A stretch of 64,000 bases of DNA from Botryllus schlosseri (Eukaryota): the NCBI GenBank assembly GCA_051294905.1, contig CM119372.1, forward strand, positions 5,086,001-5,150,000. Reading direction: 5' to 3'. A program made the position numbers and the translations under genes. Positions 39,146 through 52,143 of this stretch are shown in pieces. The notes beneath the pieces were generated by a model. The model saw nothing but the letters and a program-made list of their open reading frames with translations, searched no databases and was not told the DNA's origin. The first letter of the stretch is position 1, and the number at the start of each line of letters is the position of its first letter.

Positions 39146-40869
39146 CAGGGGTGGGCAATTATTTTTCCCCGCGGGCCAAATGAGAAGCAGAAAATATGTT
39201 GGCGGGCCGAGTCAGAAATTTTAGCTGTATTCTAAAGCGTATGGATTTATTTCTAAATTGAAAGCAATGATTTACACATACACTAAATGGTGCTCAGTGG
39301 ATGTGTTGATATTGGGGAATGAGAAAGAGACGGTTTATTACCAAAAAAAATATTTGTTTTCCGTCATATTTTGAAACAATGTTACGCATGATACTTCTTG
39401 ACTGTCTTTAAACCCATATCCGCGTTTTTCTATTAATACATTAAAATGTATTTGGGATGGCCGAAACAGCCCGTCGTCAGCCCCCCCCCCCAAACGTTGG
39501 TCTCCCCCCATAGAGTTATAATCCAAACTCCTGGGGCTTTGCCCCCAGACCAGACCCCATCGGCCGGGATGCACACTTCTCAGCGAGATTTCTAGTATAC
39601 ACTATACAGGTGGCAACGTTTTATGCCCTAATAGCGCGAAGCGCTAAATTTTTCCATGATTCATGATTCAATCGGTCAATAATATTGGTAATTGCATGTA
39701 TATTGCTATATTTTTTCTAACCTGTCTCAGCCCACGTACTCAGTTTTACTGCTAGAGCTGAGTGAGGAGCTGTCTTGGAAATATTCGGGAGGGCCCGTTG
39801 GTATAATTACTTCGTTACATGTTATTATTTCGTGACCTCCCATCTGCTACGTGAAAGTTATTGAAATCACCAAAGCATACTAAAGTAAAGGACGCACACG
39901 GTTCCCAATTGGTATTTCTTCACTGGAAAATATTGCCTATGGTTTTCGGTCAACATAAGGGCAGTCCTTTTGGCCGAGGTTTTCTCTCTGTCGAGCTTTT
40001 TTCCCTTTACTTAGTTAATTTGATTAGCAGTTAAAATTGCAGTGCCTTATCGGAATCCGTGTTGGCCTAAACTTCATATATCTTGGCGTGTCGTGGCTCG
40101 GTAATGGCTGACACAGAAATGCCCAATTTTATAATCCATTGATCTCTAAATCGCGGCTATAGCGCGAGAAAAATTTGAAAGAAGTTGCATAAATTAAAAA
40201 ATAAGATACTCTATAATTTATGTTCATTCACGAAATAATTTTGGACTCCCTTCGGGCTCGCCCCCCAATTGGGGGTTTGGGGTGCGGCAGATACGTTTCA
40301 GGGGATACTATAAAGCTTATTGTCTTGGTAGCTGGTTTCCGAGAAGTGTGCAGCTTGCCGAAATGGCCTTGTTGTTGAGCCAAGCTTGCAGTTATTCTGA
40401 AATTCGCCGCCCCTTGAGCGAGTGTATGTCTTCCTGTTTTTGTCATAGAACCGACTTAAATTATACTCCTATAACTATGATATACTCATTACTCATAGAA
40501 ATCACGGGCACTGATTAACTTGTTTTACGAATTATGGATTTGGAGACGCATCACGAAACAATTTGAAACACAGACCGTGTAAGTAATGCGTAATGTGACA
40601 ATGGTAAAAATGGCAAGAAGGTTTGGCCATTCCGTGTGACTTTAATTGTAGCGGCATAATTTGCTACATTGACTTTACTTTGAATCTAAATTACGCATGT
40701 GAGGTATTGCGTAATCGCGGCATGTTAATGAACAGGCTTGATAGTAAACGAATTTCCGGCTCCGTTTATTCTTCCTATGGTTTATACATCCACGCAACAA
40801 CATTAAAATGTAGGTTTTATATTTTCAATTTCAAGCAACCTTTCGCGGGCCGCACTTTGCCCAGGCCTG
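39146..40869. mobile_element. Nested non-autonomous hAT (caggggtgggcaa..ttgcccaggcctg)
   Basis: TIRs, gcgggcc subterminal motifs and perfect TSD ctgtagtg. Confidence 0.87.
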
Positions 40870-41889
40870 CTGTAGTGGATCCATTTGGAATTCTTGTGGT
40901 CAAATATATTAAAACGAACTTTGGTTAGGTAAGAATCCCAATGCTTTACGACTAGATCTCTTCCCGTAGGCCGTCATGGCGTCATTGGTGGGATTGCCCC
41001 TACACACGACGACGACCTTACCACGTTACGGCCACGGCTTCGAAAAACTCAAAATGAACCCCACCTGAACTAATAATTCCCTTCGGTCGAAAAAAAAACA
41101 GAATCTATACTCGCGTACCACCTGGAAGACCTTCGCGTACCACTAGTGGTACGCGTGCCACAGGTTGGGGACCACTGGTTTACCGGAACCAGTACATGCT
41201 CGTCTTATCCATCATCGGTCGCAGACAATTAGGCCGCATCAGTAACTGTTGTGCAAGGTGGTACACTCGAAAGCAGAACCCAACTCAGAATTCTATCGCG
41301 GTTATAAATCCTATACGCTCCAATGGACAAGAATCATTTGGGTTAAAATGTTGTGTTTGTTTTATATCGTGTTATAAGTCCGTGGTATGCTCTGGTTTTC
41401 TGTACCACGGGTGTATATTGGCAACCGTACATCAAGGGTGTGAATATGCACTATGTTTTCGGTAAGAGTGTACGTCGTTTTGCAGTGCCGTACACAGGTG
41501 AGGTTGGTGTTCCAAGACGAAACCTTGTTCTTCCGAAACGCTAATTCTACCTCCAATATTTACAGGCTCATTCGTAATTAATCACTTGGTATCACGCTGT
41601 AGCTTTTCGACCGAACAATACGACGTCACTTTCCAAGGTCACGTCTCGCATTTATGAACTGGCATATGAAAGGGTCGCCAGATTTGCGATAGATATTCAT
41701 TATGTTTTCGTTTTGTGTGAAAATTAATTCAAAGATGTTGTTCTGACGCTCTGTTAACGCACAGTTCATTTTTGCGCCTGTCGTCGGTGGTAATGTATTA
41801 AATGTGTATTGTGACTCTGCGAAGATTTGGGGTTCTGAAAGGCTTACAGATTAGCGTCAGTGTTCCGCGGGTCAGTAAATGTGAGGCAG

Positions 41890-42340
41890 CACTGTTCTAA
41901 TTGCCTTTTACCCCAGTTACATGTTGGCCTTACCCGCACCCGCACTCGACTACTCGGGACCTATCATCTGGAATGCATTACCATCACATATCCGTGAATT
42001 GCCTTATAATAGATTCAAAAAAGCCCTACTTGATCACATCTTGTCGTTACACTAACACTGTTGCCCTACCTCGCCCAGACATTGCGTCATTGATCATTTG
42101 CTACCATTGTTTAATTTTTTTTCTATTTTCCTTTCTTAACTAAACATTTTTTTACAGCCAGACTGTTCTGAGTCAAGTGTACCTGTTTGATGCTGGTGTG
42201 ATCAGACTAGATGACCTTCACGGTCTTATCGATCATTCCTATCTAATACCGAATACTGTGCACGCATATTTTCTGTACCACCATCACTGCCGTTTGTTAT
42301 GTATTTTGGTTCGATGAAAATAAAGACTCTCTCTCTCTCA
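41890..42340 (+). mobile_element. 3' end of a CR1/L2-group LINE
   Basis: Frame 41951-42055 reads YSGPIIWNALPSHIRELPYNRFKKALLDHILSLH*, the typical ORF2 C-terminus (GP..WN.LP..IR.....FK..L). It is followed by a 3' UTR, AATAAA and a (CT)n tail. Confidence 0.7.
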
Positions 42341-45300
42341 TACGCGAGACGAGCTAGCGGAACGAATGTGGATCATATAACCATCACCATCGCGCTGTTT
42401 GAGTCAGAAGGCGCAAGGCAATTGCTCCAATTTATGTTTACGACTCAAAATCATCCGTTTGAGGAAGTGCGGCGTTTCATACGTCACCTCTCCGTTTGTC
42501 AGAAGTCCCACCTGGTCATTAGGAGCAATCTATTTTCGCGGTGGAATTGATAGCTGTCGAACTACCCATCAAGTTGATATCTGGATTTCCAGAAATTCCA
42601 GTTCATCGGAAAAGTTACTGATTATGACCGACTGCTCGAGTTCTTGAATTTGCATTCGCAATTCGATTTCACAACCCACTGGCGGATTAGTTGATAGAAT
42701 TGTACCGAGAATTCTCCAGGTATAAAGTTGCTAATCTATAATCGCTAAACATACTTGTTGAATGAAGGCGAATATGAATACACTGAGATAACGCATCTGT
42801 GCTATTGTTACTTCAATTTTCTTTTGTATAATCGTGCAAGGAGAATTTAGGCAATGTTTGCTCGACTATGTAACGAAATTCCGGTCTTCCGATTACGTAA
42901 CACTCGATCCCATCCATGTGATGTCACATGACACGCTGTTTGGATTTACTGATGACTTGAGCGTAAAGCGTCGCTCCAATTCGACAGGAAGGAGCAAGTC
43001 AAAGAGAAAGGGGTAGTCGCGCGTTACGTGAGTGCATCGTGCCGTAGTACACATTTCCTGTTCTCGAGTCTGACAAATGCAAACACCTTCACCTTCACAC
43101 TCGTCTGTTGATAAGACCAGGAGAAACTCCTTGTTTGCCGCAATCCAAATGGACCTTAGGCCTGCCGAAAACGGTACGAAGAGGGAGAAATGCAGCATGT
43201 ATACCGCCCCACTATAGTGAAATCAATGGAAAGCGTATGTCGGCCGATGGATACATCACACTACCAAGTGTTTGTAAACGAGGATTGAATCAATTAAAAC
43301 TAACCCCAGTTGCCGAAGTAGGAATTGTAGGGAATTATCATAATCCGATAAAATTTAGGTAACACTTAAATATATGTCGCGATAAAGTCACCTTCAAGTC
43401 GTATGTCATATCTAGTCACTGTAAATTTTGATGTTCGTCAATTCAAGTCATTTCAAAATTGTTCAACTAAATTGACTCTGGTCATCGCAACACCGCTTGG
43501 TAGTGTGTTCGAATGCTAGAGGTACCAAACTTGTAAAATTGAAAATGCCGCCGAAGAACTGATGGAGCGACTTAATGTAAAAGTCAACATGTCTGAAATT
43601 GTGCACCTCAGAATATATAATATAATCACGGGACTGGCGTTTCACGCAATTGTGTGGATAAATTAATTCCAATTTTCATTTGTGATTTATAGCGATTCCT
43701 TAACTGTAATAAATTTTACGCCGCTCCTCACCACGCAGTCCACGGGAAACATTTTCATCGATTTTCATCCATTTTCATCAATCTATCTATGGTATTCATG
43801 TGGCCAATGACTTTGACAAGTCCAGAGGACAAGGATGTGTGGGTTTTAGGCAGGTTGGCATGTAGGTGGAATCCTTCATAGGGATAAGAACAAAGGAACA
43901 GTTACAAAATAATAACTACATCCGAATTTTTTCCCCGCTAGATGTTTAACATTACTGGCCATAACTATACACGAACTAAAGTTACGAGAGAATTCGCGGG
44001 TGCGTGATTCTCAAAGGAATGTATAATATCGTTACATCGCATTCGATGCTAGCATATCTGTGAACAATTAAATTACGCTTCTCATACATGGGCAGCCCTA
44101 TTGGGTCTCAAATTTACATCAGTAAACGCAAATTTTAAAGTTACATTGCATTCTATTCATGAACGAATTTCCTTGCACCGTAGCACCGAGAATTTCTGAG
44201 AATTGGTGAGAACCGCAGGTAACCTTGATGCCTTGTTGAAGTTCATATGGTCACTGCATGTCGACTTGAGAATGTAAATTGTGCAAATTGGTGACAATTG
44301 GGATTGACCGCAATAACAATTTACCTCATCAATTTGAATCGATTCATGTTCATTGATACCGCCTCGCAACATAAATATCTCGTTAATACAACAGCGTCCT
44401 TCCCAGCAGTATGTTTTATGCCAGCATGATACCTCTCCGGAAACTAGAAGCAATGATATTTGTGTGATTATATTTAGTTTTATTACACGGAAATCGAGTG
44501 CACTTTGAATGGAGCAACTATATCTAGTTAACACATAGCACGGTACATGAAGCACCTATCTACTCATAATTAATACCACTGGAAATTGTTATGAATCTCC
44601 ATGTGTCAGAGCACATTGCACATTGATATTGGTCATTCCGATATAGTAACGCATAAAGATTTATTCGGATATCGTTAATATGCCCCAGGTTATCACCCTA
44701 TTTAATACCCCTGTAAATTGAACGTCCATTGATAATAATTTATTAACCTTCATGCATTCAAAAAGGACCCTTACGGAGACACACCCGTATAAATTTATCA
44801 GGGTAACGAATACGGTTAGTCAATAGTGATAATGCCAACATCATGAGCACGTGAGGTCGTTAACCTCGTTAACAGAATGATGTCGGACGAGTCACGTATA
44901 TGGATTTGATACAGAACAATGTAAATTCCACATATTTCCTTATCTCATTGATGATAATAATCCTCGTAAATTTCATTCATTTTCACGCCAGAAAATATTT
45001 ACACCAACATGGATTAATTCTACTACATTTTACATGTGACTACCAGGAGCCAATTAAGTTCAAGAAAAGAGTCATACACGAGCCTAGCATTATAGTGTTT
45101 GCAACACAATACGTGACATCAAATCCGTAGGAAACAAAAAAGGATTTTTGACAGATTTGCTAACGGTATCATCAGAAAACAGGTCAATGTCCTGATTGTC
45201 GAGACTCTTAGCTTGTCAGTTGGACGCATTCCCATTAGCATAATTTGTTTGCGTTGTCTATTTTTACGCGGCAATGATTTATCTCGAGTATAATCTATCA

Positions 45301-45353
45301 CTATTTAGCGATAAAAGCGTTTGCTTTTGACCCGCCTCCACATAGCGGTTTCC

Positions 45354-45361
45354 TATATAAG
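45354..45361 (+). promoter_or_regulatory. TATA box of the peptide precursor gene
   Basis: TATATAAG at 45354-45361, an Inr-like TTCATATT ~30 nt downstream (45383-45390), and the ATG ~45 nt after that. Confidence 0.6.
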
Positions 45362-45427
45362 CTCCCAACACACCCTTCGGCATTCATATTGTGAAACCGA
45401 CGACGCCAAGAGACGGATTTGAAAAGA

Positions 45428-45808
45428 ATGAAGATCAAAATGCAGATACCGATTATATGTTTATTAGTCCTATCATTGTGTGCAGTCACGCCATGCTCAA
45501 GTGCTCCACTCAGGGGATATGATAGTGACTTAGACGAGAAAATTGCTTCCGACAGCGCATACGACAACTCCAACGACGAATCTTTAAAGTTAGATGCACA
45601 AGCTATGTTTCATGACGAAGGAGGCACTAGGACAATCAAATCAAATCGACCGATCCACGATGATACGAACGGCTCAGTGCTACGAAGTAGACGTGACATT
45701 TCAGACATAGCATTCCACGGAGCCCGTAAACGACGACATCACAAGCGTTCCGCCAAGTACCTTCTCGCTCAAATTTTGAAGAGCATTACTGGAAAAAAGC
45801 TCGGATAG
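45428..45808 (+). CDS. Secreted peptide-hormone precursor (126 aa) with a C-terminal PTH/PACAP-like (class B1 GPCR ligand-like) amidated peptide
   Basis: ATG at 45428; hydrophobic signal peptide (IPIICLLVLSLCAVTPCSS); acidic pro-region; furin site RSRR; then DISDIAFHGARKRRHHKRSAKYLLAQILKSIT followed by the G-KK amidation/cleavage signal. TATATAAG lies upstream and ATTAAA at 46063. Confidence 0.85.
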   Translation: MKIKMQIPIICLLVLSLCAVTPCSSAPLRGYDSDLDEKIASDSAYDNSNDESLKLDAQAMFHDEGGTRTIKSNRPIHDDTNGSVLRSRRDISDIAFHGARKRRHHKRSAKYLLAQILKSITGKKLG

Positions 45809-47926
45809 TTCCAACATGTCAAAATAACAAGTAGCAGGGTATCAGACTTAGTCTATGCAATCGTATATGCACAATCTTGTATAACGAACCCCTTCGTGGG
45901 TTTGAGATTCTTTGTCATTTTCAACGCGCGTTGATTCAATTGCGAGAATTTTCCATGAATGCACCGACGACTCTTGCCGACATTTGTTGACAGCTGAATA
46001 TTATCTATTTATCATTATCATCTTTGTATTTATCTTCACTGTCTAAATTTTCTGTTGGTTATATTAAAAAAGCATCTTATTATTATATATCTATTTGTGT
46101 AGCTGTGTTTAAAATCGACCCTATATTGCGATGTCCATATTCACCGCAAAGGCTTTATACCTGCAAGGGGACTGTTTTCGAATAAACTCGAAACGTGAAA
46201 TCAAAAAGTTGTGGCGTTACTGCGAGGTAAAGCAGTGGTTGTCGAACTGTGAGAGCTTTTTAGATGGTATGCAAAGAGTGCTGTGGGTAATGTCATACCT
46301 CAGATCGGCGAGCTTTTGCGTAAGAAACAGTTGGAATAATCTCATTAAATGGTGTTTTCTTAATATCCACTGGTGTTGCGATCTAGTACTAACAGAAATA
46401 ACCAATAAACACCGGTACGTTCAAAATACCATAAGTAATTCAGGCGGCACACCATGTAGTGAGAACAAGCTATACAGCTACGCCGTGTGGTGAAAAATGA
46501 ATTAATGGTACGCGATGGGAAAAAATTTGAGAAACTATGAGGTAAACTAAAGGGTTTACTTGAACCTTAAAATTTACACGCAACCCTTTATTGTTTGGGA
46601 CTGACACGCAGTGGTGGCTTTTGGGGTGGGCGAGGTGGGCGTTCACCCGCCCCCTCTTTGGTTCAATCGCTTTTTTCAAGGATTATAGCGAATAAACGTG
46701 GAAATCCGTGTACCAACAAAGAAGATGATTCCTTACATATGGGTCAATCATCATGAAATCTCTGGATTCGTTAGAAAATTCTCATATCTCGATAATCACA
46801 GCGTCTCTGCATGCGGCAGAGTTACTTAGTTTTGATGTAGTCTATTCCTGCAAACATGCAATAATAGATCTGGCCTAATCCAGCGCCTGGCTCAAACCTT
46901 GACGTGGTGTGCTGGCTTATTACAAATGTCAGCCGATATCTTTCCAGATTAGATATTCAGTCTATATATCCTGCAGAAGTTGTATCGCTATTATATTATT
47001 TCACGCTACATGTCATACATCTTCTACACGAAGACATGTACTATAGACAATGTATGGTAAAAGACGGCTCTGGAGCTAGAGCAATTCCCCATTTAATCCT
47101 GCTTCAAAGATGTGCTATAGTTTCACACACACACTACGTAATTCCGTTCCATATGGCGCACTAGTATTAAGTTGGTAATAATGGAAGCGAAAGGGGGGTC
47201 TGGGGCCGGAGGCGCCAGAAGTCGCGATTACATACTTATAGGCTCCCCCGGTAAGTCTCGCCAAGCCCCCCCCAACCGGAGCGCCACCACTACTGGCACG
47301 CATGCCAACTGCATCGCTTAATGTGGGCCTAGGATTGTTAGCGTAGGGATTTGTGTGTGGTGTAAGGATCATGTACGTCAGGGGTATCAAAGATACGGCC
47401 AGCGAAGCAATGTTGAGTAATAAAAAAAGTCCTTGTAAGTCGAGGCATTTAATAAGGAATAGGCAGCTTACACTTGAATAATCTCTCAAGATAGCAAACG
47501 TCGAACATGTTCATTGGTAACAAGCCAAGTTATAACCGTCCGACCATTATGCCCATAGTAACAAGTCATAGTGACATCGAAACGAAATTTTGAGAAGGTG
47601 AAACAGTTTACACTCAGTAAATAGTTTTCGAGAAAAATGGACATGTATGGAAATGTATATATTTACAGAGCCGAAAACTCCAAGGCTAAAACAGCTAAAA
47701 TATGTGGTGACACTGCTATATAGCCTATGACTCAAAGGCCCAGGCCTTACAGAGTCATTTGGACTACTCTATCCACCAAATATTAGGGTTTTTCAAAATT
47801 TTCAAACCCAGAATTCCGGAGAAAAATCTCGAGAAAATGGTAAATTTTTATCACTACGTGGACCATATTGGAGGTATGGTGATCAATATTTCATGCTGTT
47901 ACGGCGATGAGCAAAGGCGTCATAAG

Positions 47927-48441
47927 TAGGGCTGGGCAAAATGATTCGAGTACTCGAATCTGAATCGAGTAGTAATTTTAATGATTCGAGTCGAGTAGTA
48001 AAAGACGATTTTTTTCGAGTACTGAAATTATACGGTCCTCGCAACTGAAAGTTAATTTACTGACGAGAATTATAGTTTTGATACTATTTTCCACTGAGGA
48101 AGCCTTGAAACCTTGATTGACCGTGTTTCAGCATACCAAGCACAGTTTAAAGCTACAAACGTTACTGGAAATAACACATTTCCGAAGTCATTATCATCCA
48201 CCAACATTGTTAAGAAGTGCAATAAAATCGGTATGGTCTAAAAAATACCAAAGTGTCTTTAATGTGATGGATAACAGGCGTTACGTTTTTTGTGGTGACA
48301 TAAAAGGTTCATATTTGGACTTCGACAAGTACATCCTGCTGTGACGTCATAATGAGTGATACTCGATTACTCGACTCGACTCGAAGCATATTACGTGATT
48401 CAGAATCGAATCACTCAGGTACTCGATTTTGCCCAGCCCTA
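47927..48441. mobile_element. MITE (TIR TAGGGCTGGGCA), inverted relative of 18531-19044
   Basis: TIRs and perfect TSD gtcataag. Confidence 0.92.
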
Positions 48442-51400
48442 GTCATAAGTGGGCGCAAGGTGGCGATGTCAATACGACAAGCGAGGTTGTTTGTATGTAT
48501 GGATGCACTGTAGGTAGGCCTACTATGTATAATGTATATGGGGGATTGTGGTGCTTAGCAACAGATGCCGTGTGCACCAAACCTAAGTTGTGTACGTATA
48601 TATACGCACGATTAACCTACTCCGTTACAGTTGTCTCGTGGTTAGGGAAATACGTAACTGGCAAAAGCGAGGTTATTACGTGACAGGTTTAAGAACACTT
48701 CATATCCACACATCCCCCTATGCTTCGTAATCCTTTTTTCCAGATGGAGTGCGACCGAATTAGCGCTCCAATACGTAGACAATTCATATCCATCAGTAAG
48801 TCCGAATTCGAATCAATAGGTGTCGCCGATACGTAGCCTATACAAAAGACTCAATTAGCAGCGTATAGTGCCATGGCGTTCGTTTGAGGCGAGAAGTGAA
48901 TCGGGCTGTCGATACTTCGTCCATAAAAATAGATGTCAGATTTAACGACGAAATTACGCAGTTGCCCCCTATTTATCGCCATGCGTTTGTCAATCTAGCA
49001 TATTTTTGCAATTAGGATGGCATGCAGTATCAAAATTCCTGTTTAGAACTGTCAACTAAGGTACTTTTCAATTACCTCATCAGTTACTCTTTTCTGATAT
49101 GCGTCATTATTTCATACGACCTCCTCGAATCGTTTACATTATGTTTTTGACCGTGGTACAAAAGGCCGTTAGGCGATAAGCGCCACATCTTTTTGTTTCA
49201 TAAATATAAACAACAACAACAAGTACCTCATCTCTCCTATATATTTCTATTAAATTAGTGTTTTGTCAGAAATCAGGTTTTCTTTCAGTATCTGTTTAGA
49301 TTCGTACTACTAGGTTAAAGATACGAAATTGATTGATGAGCAAAACTACAACCAATGAAAGTTTCTGGCGCTGAACAGAATTTACATTCTAAGAGAGACT
49401 CCACAAGCCTTGTGGTAATTCCACATCATTTTGTAATATCTATATAGCCTATAGCTCGGGATTTAATAGTGGGAATTTTCGTTATAGTTTGGCAGTACTT
49501 CATCCTACAAATTGGGATGGAGAAAGTCTAAGCATAACTCGGTACCGACAAGTAAATTTTAAGCGCGAAAGTATTCATTTACGTACCGTTGCTGTGACTA
49601 CGTAACAAAATTTGATTTGAAACTGTGCGGCAAAAAATTAGAAATCGTCTATGGGATTTTAGACGGAAAATGTTTATTACTTTGAGCTGAAACCTGATTC
49701 GTATATCAAAATGAAGATGCATGATTCAAACCCAATTTTAATTCGCGTGGTTACTGAGACTTTTATTTCTGGTTTGGATTTCACGCTTTCTTTTCCGCAT
49801 GTTGCCATAAACTAACACAAGCTTGCCACTATCAGCCTATCACACCACTGCCCATACTTGCCAAAAATTGGCTGGTTCTATTTAGTATGCCGCTTGGCTC
49901 GAAACGCAACTTTTCAAGTGCTGGGTTAATAAACGCCTTGCTGACCAGCGAATACGTGACAGGCGGTCGGGAAAATCAATGAGTGACTTGAATTACCTTA
50001 TTCTCTGTCACGAACAATCCGTTATTAGGACTTAAAAGGCTGGAAATATTGACTTGCTTTTCGTGGAGTCTGCGACATATATGCAAACGTTAACAACAGT
50101 GCCCACGCTTATCAATTAAACAATTCTTATCGGGATATCACGTATAGTATCTCAAGCTGAAAATTTCCCCCTATTTGACCGCAAAGCAATGATTACGCTA
50201 TATCTGCATAGAAAAACGATCGCGAATTATATGTTCTGTGAAAAAAGCCTCTGCAGACTTAAAATAGTACAGCTATCAGAATAAATAGATAACTCTATCA
50301 CGGCTCATGATCATGAGCAAAATTCATCACTCTTACAGAGTATATAATTACATATATGTATAGAGATATATAAACTCACTAATCTAAAGTGGTGTAGAGT
50401 GAAGATAAATCCTTAATTTTTAGCTCACAGATATTGTAGTGTCATAGTGATTCCAATTTACACATTCGACTATCCTATATTAGTTAGGATTTAATGTCCA
50501 CACGTTGGATAGTGGATCGTGTGATATTAAACGCAGTTAAGAGTATGTCACGTAATTTACAACAACAACAACAACAACACGCAGCCTTTTGCGAATATTC
50601 GTGTCTGCATAACCGAATTTGAAAACGAAAGCGAAAACCTGTCTTGATAAAAAATGTGAGGCAGCAAGAGAGACTTCACACCAAAAGAGAACATTAATAT
50701 TATTATTTTTATTATCAGAATATAAATAGTTATAATACTGCTACTGGTACACATGAGTACGCCACTTTACTCATTTATGAGATCTTCTGTGAACCGAACT
50801 TTCGACCGAATGAAAGGACTTTGATAAGGCCGCGAAGCAAACGGTGAGCCCGACTATAACTAAATTAAATTGTTCACATAGTGGGCTAAGTAAAACGTAG
50901 GGCCAAGTAAGCGAATCATAATAATTTTGGTAAATGGTACTGAGTAGTTTACATTCATCTCCACCCCAAATATGGTGGACTCGAAACGAAAACGAAGTAA
51001 TATGTTGATGGACATTCTGACATTTTCGAAAGTAAAAAGTCAAACATCGCTAAGGAGAATAACATCTTGTTTATCCTTTTTGCATTGTTCGTTCCATCGC
51101 CCCGGGCGCTCTTTCTATCTGAATTGAAAGCGAATAAATATATATACTTGTTGTCCTTATGTCACCGATACCATATGAAAACCATATTAGCAAAGCCAAC
51201 TCGACTGGTTAATTTGGTTACGACGATCAGGATTGTAACTTTAAATGCTATAAGATACTTTGTTTTGTCTGAATAATGCAAATAGTGAACCCTTTTAACT
51301 CTGCCAAAGATAATAATGGTCAAGCTCTCGGATAAAAAAGATCTGCTACTAATTAGGGGTGTAATATTATTGCTAATTAGACAGGGGTGAAAAGCAAAAT

Positions 51401-52143
51401 TATCTACGATTTTGGGTAATAAGATCGATTTTCGGAACGATCGACTGATAGCCCAATAGTCAGGAAACTATTATTACTGTGGATCCATGGTGTCGCGAAC
51501 ACGAATTTACTATGCGAATTTATTGTACTTCCGTTACATTAATCTCCTTTCTGCATGGTTAGCTGAACGCCGCAGTCAGTTGTTTTGTGCTTGATACGGG
51601 TATAGAACAGACGATCGACTGTCGCCAAGTCGTGATGCGTGCATTCTAAGTGCTCGGTTAGCGTTCATTAATTATAATGTGAAGTCTTAATCCTAGATGA
51701 TGATATCCACTTTGCGCTGATTCATAAGGAATTGCCGGAGGGGTGTAAGACTCTTCGCAGATTTTCTGTCTGCCAGCTACCGCCAGAGTCACGAATACAG
51801 TAGCCGCCTGGGGCGAGCGTGAAATCAAGACGTATCGGTATACGGACCTTGTTTTCTATATGTAATTTTAGATATGAAACTACATAGATTCATTGCGTGA
51901 TGTCATCACGAAAGTCAATTTTTCGGTGGTCATAAAAGTCGTCAATCTCCACTTCGCCATTCGCCGAGTTATCATATCAGACAAGGACATTGGTTTCATA
52001 GAGCATAACATCAGATCTTTTTGTTTAGATTTGTTCTCCAGCAAAATAGAGTTAATTAACAAAAATTAGGGCAGCGCAGGCATAACATATTGCACTTGTT
52101 ACTTCCAACATACTATCGTCAAAAAGCTCCGCCAACCAAGGAG

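Larger units (their letters stand above)
37813..41177. mobile_element. 3.4-kb non-autonomous hAT containing a Gypsy fragment and a nested element
   Basis: TIRs cagtggttcccaacc/ggttggggaccactg, cgtacc subterminal motifs, TSD ggttaccg/gtttaccg. Confidence 0.78.

Noticed and set aside
42834..43362. Short ORFs with a CKHLH motif, possibly a decayed transposon gene
   Set aside because: There is no continuous frame or convincing family signature.
45428..45808. Treating human 12p co-location of PTHLH with SLC2A3 and STYK1 as three-gene conserved synteny
   Set aside because: PTH-family genes (11p15, 12p11, 19q13) belong to a different paralogon from SLC2A1-4, so this is probably coincidental.
48744..52143. 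Exon-like AG..GT segments (48744-48795, ~49356-49414, ~49488-49551, ~51887-51992) that might extend the protease N-terminus
   Set aside because: I could not chain them into a supported frame, and [20 protein letters not shown] already forms a plausible signal peptide. They may be UTR or non-coding exons.
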